In this document: positions 59,884 to 64,000 of the stretch, piece after piece
Layout: every line of letters begins with the position of its first letter
Numbering within the stretch: position 1 is the first letter of the stretch
Notes under the pieces: generated by a model
What the model was told of the DNA's origin: nothing
Database searches by the model: none
What the model saw: the letters and a program-made list of their open reading frames with translations, nothing else
Position numbers and translations under genes: made by a program
From: Thermoplasmata archaeon
GTDB lineage: Archaea; Thermoplasmatota; Thermoplasmata; Thermoplasmatales; GCA-001856825
Length of the DNA stretch: 64,000 bases
Reading direction: 5' to 3'
Assembly (NCBI GenBank): GCA_021792255.1
Contig: JAJYUZ010000003.1
Location: forward strand, 192,001 to 256,000

Positions 59884-60312
59884 TCACCTTACTGGTTTCT
59901 CCTTTCTTCCCTTTACTAGCTCTTTCAAGGAAACGTTGTTCACCTTAATGACCTTGTATCTCACGCCGGGGATGTCTCCTTTTGACCTTCCCATTCTTCC
60001 ACCTATTCCTTCCACAACGACTTCGTCGTGTTCGTCTATGAAATTTATCGCTCCGTCTCCCGGTGCAAATGCGGTCAGTTGTCTTCCGTTCTTTATCAAC
60101 TGTATCTTCACGCATTTCCTTATTGCGGAATTAGGCTGTTTTGCTTCAATACCAACTTTTTCAATGACGATTCCTCTTGCCTGAGGTGCACCCTCAAGCG
60201 GGTCACTTTTTATCTTCAATCTCAGTACTCTTCTCTTGTAGTCTCTATCCGACCATCGTAACTTGTCTCTATTGACTCTAACTTGTTTTCCACCCATTAG
60301 TCCGTTAGGCAA
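59884..60312 (-). CDS. rps12: 30S ribosomal protein S12
   Basis: [30 protein letters not shown]; TTG start at 60312 after SD GAGGTGA. Confidence 0.97.
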   Translation of the reverse strand: MPNGLMGGKQVRVNRDKLRWSDRDYKRRVLRLKIKSDPLEGAPQARGIVIEKVGIEAKQPNSAIRKCVKIQLIKNGRQLTAFAPGDGAINFIDEHDEVVVEGIGGRMGRSKGDIPGVRYKVIKVNNVSLKELVKGRKEKPVR

Positions 60313-60458
60313 TTTATTCACCTCAAGGCGCCTTTCAAAATGGAGAAGCAATATAAGAGACTATCGATGTACGTCTTGGATATGTGCTCTTACTTACGAG
60401 GACGAAATCTTTTCCAAAAACTGGAAAATCCCTATTGATAGAAAGACCGTTCCCTCTT

Positions 60459-60872
60459 TTAGAGGAGAGAAATCACTTTAGGATAGAGCTCTGCTTCTTC
60501 CTGTTTATTGTGCTCGGCCAGAAATTCTTTCAGCGTATTGAGATCGTTCTCCGTTTCTGTCCATCCAGTGTATGTTGATTCAACGGACTGCTCGACCAGC
60601 TTCATTATCTTTGGATGATCCTGGAGTATCTTTATGTAAGGTTCTGATGCCTCCTTGCCTAACTTTTCCAAGAGAAATTTCAGCAACGTGGCTTCCTCAT
60701 CGATTATGTGCTGCGAGAGAGTTTCCCTCACTTCTGCAATCACGGGAAAGGCACCGCTGAGATTTCCAGTTTTGTAAGTTATGATTGCATCATCTATCAA
60801 GCCAGGGAGAGATGAATGCTCCTCCTTCAATTTTTCTATCAGTTCCTTTATGGGAATTTCTCTGGGTTTCAT
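60459..60872 (-). CDS. Hemerythrin-like domain protein
   Basis: EEH, HIIDEE, QDH, HNKQEEAELYP. Confidence 0.85.
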   Translation of the reverse strand: MKPREIPIKELIEKLKEEHSSLPGLIDDAIITYKTGNLSGAFPVIAEVRETLSQHIIDEEATLLKFLLEKLGKEASEPYIKILQDHPKIMKLVEQSVESTYTGWTETENDLNTLKEFLAEHNKQEEAELYPKVISLL

Positions 60873-60891
60873 AAGCCGTTAATTAGAATCA

Positions 60892-61905
60892 TCATTTAAC
60901 CTTTTCAACCCTTTCTGCTAAATAGAGGATGTCTTTGATTTTGAATACGAAAATCTGCTTCTCGCCTTGAAGGTCCTTTTCAAGAACTCTTCTCATCTCA
61001 TAATACTGAGAGGGATCGACCGAGTACCTGATAAAGACGCTCTTAGCATTCAGATCTAGTAGTCTCCTTCTTAACTCTTGGATGCTCCTCGCACTCTCTA
61101 AGAGTGAGTACGATTTTATGAGAAACGGGTTCTCGATGAGCTTATCGGATGTCAGCAGCGTCTTTTGCCTGTCTTGATGCAGTAAACTCAGTCGATCATC
61201 TTCTCGTAGATATTCTGGTACTAGGTCAGAATTAGAGAGGGAACCATCCAGATCGTAGATCCATTTTGAGGGTCGATCCACGATTTCAACTTTCCTCGTC
61301 AGGTCTTTGTCGCCTACAACTCTCGTCTTTGAAGGAAGGGTGATCGCGCTCCTTTCGAATCTCTTGGCTCCTCCAAGATAAACGCTCAATCTCTTTAGTT
61401 CTCCTTGAAGTGAAATATACTCGAGTTCCCAAGTGCTTGGGATGAGGCTAGGAGACATAGAAGCTGGAAGATCAAATGATACGTTGTCGGACTTATACAA
61501 CTTCAGTATTTCCATCGGATTGGGTGATAAATCTGAAAACGACCACCTATCCGCTGACTTTTGTCTGGATGGATCGGAGTGGACTACTTCCACATCTCCT
61601 ATCATCTCTACGGTGGATTTGTCAAGTGCATTTGAGGCTATAAACTCGATATTGGTGAGCCCCATTATTCCTGCGTTCTTTCTGCACGCTTCAATTCTCT
61701 CTGAATTGTTCTCAACGACCACCACTCTCTTCGAAACGAGTGCGAAGTTCAACGATTGGATTCCGATTCCAGCACCTAGATCTGCAATGCTATCCGCCTT
61801 CAGTCTCTCCGCCTTGTATTCTGCAATTAGGGGAGGTGTGCTCATCCTGAATCCCTCACTATCGTATAGCAGCTTTTCGTCGAGCCTCTTCTTGACTTCA
61901 GTCAT
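60892..61905 (-). CDS. SAM-dependent methyltransferase, probably acting on RNA
   Basis: STPPLIAEYKAERL, ADLGAGIGIQ, HSDPSR, EYISLQGELKR. Confidence 0.8.
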   Translation of the reverse strand: MTEVKKRLDEKLLYDSEGFRMSTPPLIAEYKAERLKADSIADLGAGIGIQSLNFALVSKRVVVVENNSERIEACRKNAGIMGLTNIEFIASNALDKSTVEMIGDVEVVHSDPSRQKSADRWSFSDLSPNPMEILKLYKSDNVSFDLPASMSPSLIPSTWELEYISLQGELKRLSVYLGGAKRFERSAITLPSKTRVVGDKDLTRKVEIVDRPSKWIYDLDGSLSNSDLVPEYLREDDRLSLLHQDRQKTLLTSDKLIENPFLIKSYSLLESARSIQELRRRLLDLNAKSVFIRYSVDPSQYYEMRRVLEKDLQGEKQIFVFKIKDILYLAERVEKVK

Positions 61906-62013
61906 ATAAGGTCCCTGCGATAAGGCGGTCAGATGAAATTTTCAATCCTTCGGAAACGTAGTTACAGCATAGAAAACTGATTTGAACGGTGCGATAGACG
62001 GCGGACAGTTCAG

Positions 62014-62604
62014 TCACTTTTCATCCTTATTATTTTCCTCTCCTATCATTCCTGTGACCTTCACGAATCCTTCTGAGATTGAATCCTTCATATCTTTTAC
62101 GCCATACGTCTTGAGGAAGCACTTGATCGCATCAGCGGTTATCCTTGAGGCCGCAAGACTGTATCCCGTGCCCATAAGAAGTAGTTCCACTTCATTTCCA
62201 TCGTTCTTGAGCTCCATTCTGGTCAGCGGGCTAAATAGAGAATACTCTTTGAATTCTTGAGATAAATTATTGATGTCAGGTATTGCGCTCTTTATTACCT
62301 CTCCAGCTATTCTACCAGCCTCGCACCACAAATCCATCACTTTGTTTTCGGAGGCATCAAGAGCCAAGTTAAGAGTTGCATCGAGGAGCAGGTTCGGAAC
62401 CGGGACAGCGTTGAGCGACTTGGATACCTCTTGGTACTTTAACAATCTCATCAGTTGGTTTCTAGATAATCCCATGCCTTTGAGGTGTAGATAAAGGTCC
62501 ACAGATTCCGTAATTACAGAGCTTATGGTTTTCCCATCTGCATCTGCGGATTCCTGAATCTTCTTAGCCATCTCGTTAGTAAGGGAGACATTGAGCCTAG
62601 CCAT
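62014..62604 (-). CDS. Ribbon-helix-helix (CopG-like) regulator with C-terminal ligand-binding-like domain
   Basis: RLNVSLTNEMAKKIQESADADGKTISSVITESV; divergent from the DUF981 gene. Confidence 0.65.
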   Translation of the reverse strand: MARLNVSLTNEMAKKIQESADADGKTISSVITESVDLYLHLKGMGLSRNQLMRLLKYQEVSKSLNAVPVPNLLLDATLNLALDASENKVMDLWCEAGRIAGEVIKSAIPDINNLSQEFKEYSLFSPLTRMELKNDGNEVELLLMGTGYSLAASRITADAIKCFLKTYGVKDMKDSISEGFVKVTGMIGEENNKDEK

Positions 62605-62714
62605 TGACGCTTGTGAATAACTAGAAGTATAAATGTGTTCACTTGGGCAAAGATGTGTCCTGAAGTGTCTGATAAGAGAAATAGACTGCAGTAATCTTGA
62701 ATTGGTGACCTAAA

Positions 62715-63311
62715 ATGGCGTGGTTATTTACAGACCCATTGGCTGCGAATCTTTTCGTGGTAGGAATAATGTTTTTTGGCTTTGGATCTTATGCAGTCTA
62801 CAGGTTCCTATTAAACAAGAACAATACGGAGGTGAATACTGGCTTTGCCTACTTTCTCATAGGAACCGGAGCATACGCTCTGCTTTATGGATTGCTTTAC
62901 AGTATTATCGTCCCATCACCTTTCACCGTAGCTGACGGAGAACTTTTCGGAGACCCCCTTGTATTCCTTGGAATTGTTTCAATCATAACCGGAATCATTT
63001 TGATAAAGCACGTTTCGCTGAGCTTCGCAAGCATATTTGCTTTCTTCGCTGGAATCTTTGGAATAACGTACGGCGTGGACGGATACAAACTCGGAATGTC
63101 TAGTCCCTTAGTGCTGTTACTGATGTACGTTGGCGCTGGAATAGGCGGTATACTGGTGGTTCCTCTCGTACTGACTCCCAACAGGAAGGTAGTGGCAGTC
63201 ACTGCAATAATAGCTGCAATAGCCTTCTTTGGAGTTGCGGTCCTGACGCTCTACGTTGGCACGACGGCAATTGGGGGACATCTCGTAGACTTCGCTAAAG
63301 CAAGGGCCTAA
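62715..63311 (+). CDS. DUF981 family membrane protein
   Basis: LFTDPLA, ELFGDP, YGVDGYKLGMS, AIGGHL; about 6 TM helices. Confidence 0.75.
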   Translation: MAWLFTDPLAANLFVVGIMFFGFGSYAVYRFLLNKNNTEVNTGFAYFLIGTGAYALLYGLLYSIIVPSPFTVADGELFGDPLVFLGIVSIITGIILIKHVSLSFASIFAFFAGIFGITYGVDGYKLGMSSPLVLLLMYVGAGIGGILVVPLVLTPNRKVVAVTAIIAAIAFFGVAVLTLYVGTTAIGGHLVDFAKARA

Positions 63312-63313
63312 AC

Positions 63314-63328
63314 TTTTTTTTATTTTTT
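63314..63328 (+). terminator. Putative archaeal oligo-T terminator
   Basis: Two T-tracts directly after the DUF981 stop codon. Confidence 0.45.
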
Positions 63329-63329
63329 T

Positions 63330-63512
63330 ATGAAAACTCTGCTGGTCTCCTGTCCAAATTGCGGATCTAAGGATTTTGTAGTACGGGAACCAGCAGCAAT
63401 TACTTATGAATGCTTTGTTCGGGTTCCATTTATCTGCAAAGGATGCGGCTACAAGGGTGACATAAAGGTCCTGAAAGAACGAGATAACGAAATAGAAGTA
63501 GTAATAGAGTAG
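63330..63512 (+). CDS. Small zinc-ribbon protein
   Basis: CPNCG...CKGCG, 60 aa. Confidence 0.65.
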   Translation: MKTLLVSCPNCGSKDFVVREPAAITYECFVRVPFICKGCGYKGDIKVLKERDNEIEVVIE

Positions 63513-63605
63513 ACAGAAGTTCACTCTTCCTGGTAATGAAGACAAATTTTGGTTTGTTGAGAACTTTACCGAAAAATTTATCCTAAAGTAGAGCTAAACT
63601 AATGT

Positions 63606-64000
63606 GTGTTTCTAAAGAAAGTGCAGATTTTCGTCGTTTTGATGATCGTCTTACTTTCTTCGGTGACATTTCTGGATTCTGCAATAAAAAATTCTCCGAC
63701 AACGAATGTTATACAGCAGGATCCTATCATCGCCAGACCCCCGTTGGGAAGTTTTGCGTTCTTGTCTGAGTTTGGATCAGGCGGTACTTACTCGAACTAC
63801 GGTTGGTCGCTCATAGATAAAGGCTCGGCTCCGCCTATAACGAATTCTCCTAACTATTTCGGCGAACCTTCTCTGAACGTTACGAACGGCACTACTCTTT
63901 TTTCGGACAGGAATATCACAAAGGGAGATCGATCTGTTTCGTTCCAATTCGCGATAAATGCAAGAGATGGAAATGGCTCATTTACCGTGACGAATGGTTC
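63606..64000 (+). CDS. Secreted/surface protein (3'-truncated by window edge)
   Basis: Manual translation from GTG 63606 gives MFLKKVQIFVVLMIVLLSSVTFLDSA...; open to the window end, with several N-x-S/T sequons. Confidence 0.65.
   Translation, partial: MFLKKVQIFVVLMIVLLSSVTFLDSAIKNSPTTNVIQQDPIIARPPLGSFAFLSEFGSGGTYSNYGWSLIDKGSAPPITNSPNYFGEPSLNVTNGTTLFSDRNITKGDRSVSFQFAINARDGNGSFTVTNG

Noticed and set aside
327-62935. Numerous antisense/shadow ORFs in the six-frame track (e.g. 327-1016, 2323-2934, 57848-58327)
   Set aside because: They overlap well-supported genes on the opposite strand or frame and lack motifs
1-64000. CRISPR array, cas genes, rRNA, integrase or provirus
   Set aside because: No regularly spaced repeats or recognisable genes of these kinds seen on reading; TnpB is the only Cas12-related protein

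Overview
Archaeal chromosome segment, most consistent with a thermoacidophilic Thermoplasmata (inferred from rpl15e, the rps12-rps7-EF2-EF1a-rps10 cluster, the HMGS-thiolase-DUF35 triad, thermopsin-type surface repeats and DUF981). The main feature is a ~10 kb dissimilatory sulfite reduction locus (37.3-47.0 kb) next to the 3' end of tRNA-Asp. It holds tusA-dsrA-dsrB-dsrM-dsrK, two siroheme biosynthesis genes, two divergent dsrE-type genes, dsrN and dsrC. DsrAB looks archaeal (Thermoproteales-like), and no dsrD, dsrJOP, dsrL, apr, sat or qmo is present in the window. An IS607 element (serine transposase + TnpB) splits an aquaporin gene at a TGGG/GG site that can be reconstructed exactly. Other points: a thiolase with substituted catalytic motifs, a 44-nt identical tract shared by two diverged DUF917 paralogs, a doubly frameshifted peroxiredoxin, a dsrN frame with no canonical start, a 28-aa-repeat surface protein, two possible PduO-fold paralogs, and a metal-transporter-like gene between EF-2 and EF-1a. 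Two tRNAs (Leu-CAA, Asp-GTC); no CRISPR array or rRNA seen. All family calls come from motif recognition by eye, not database searches.
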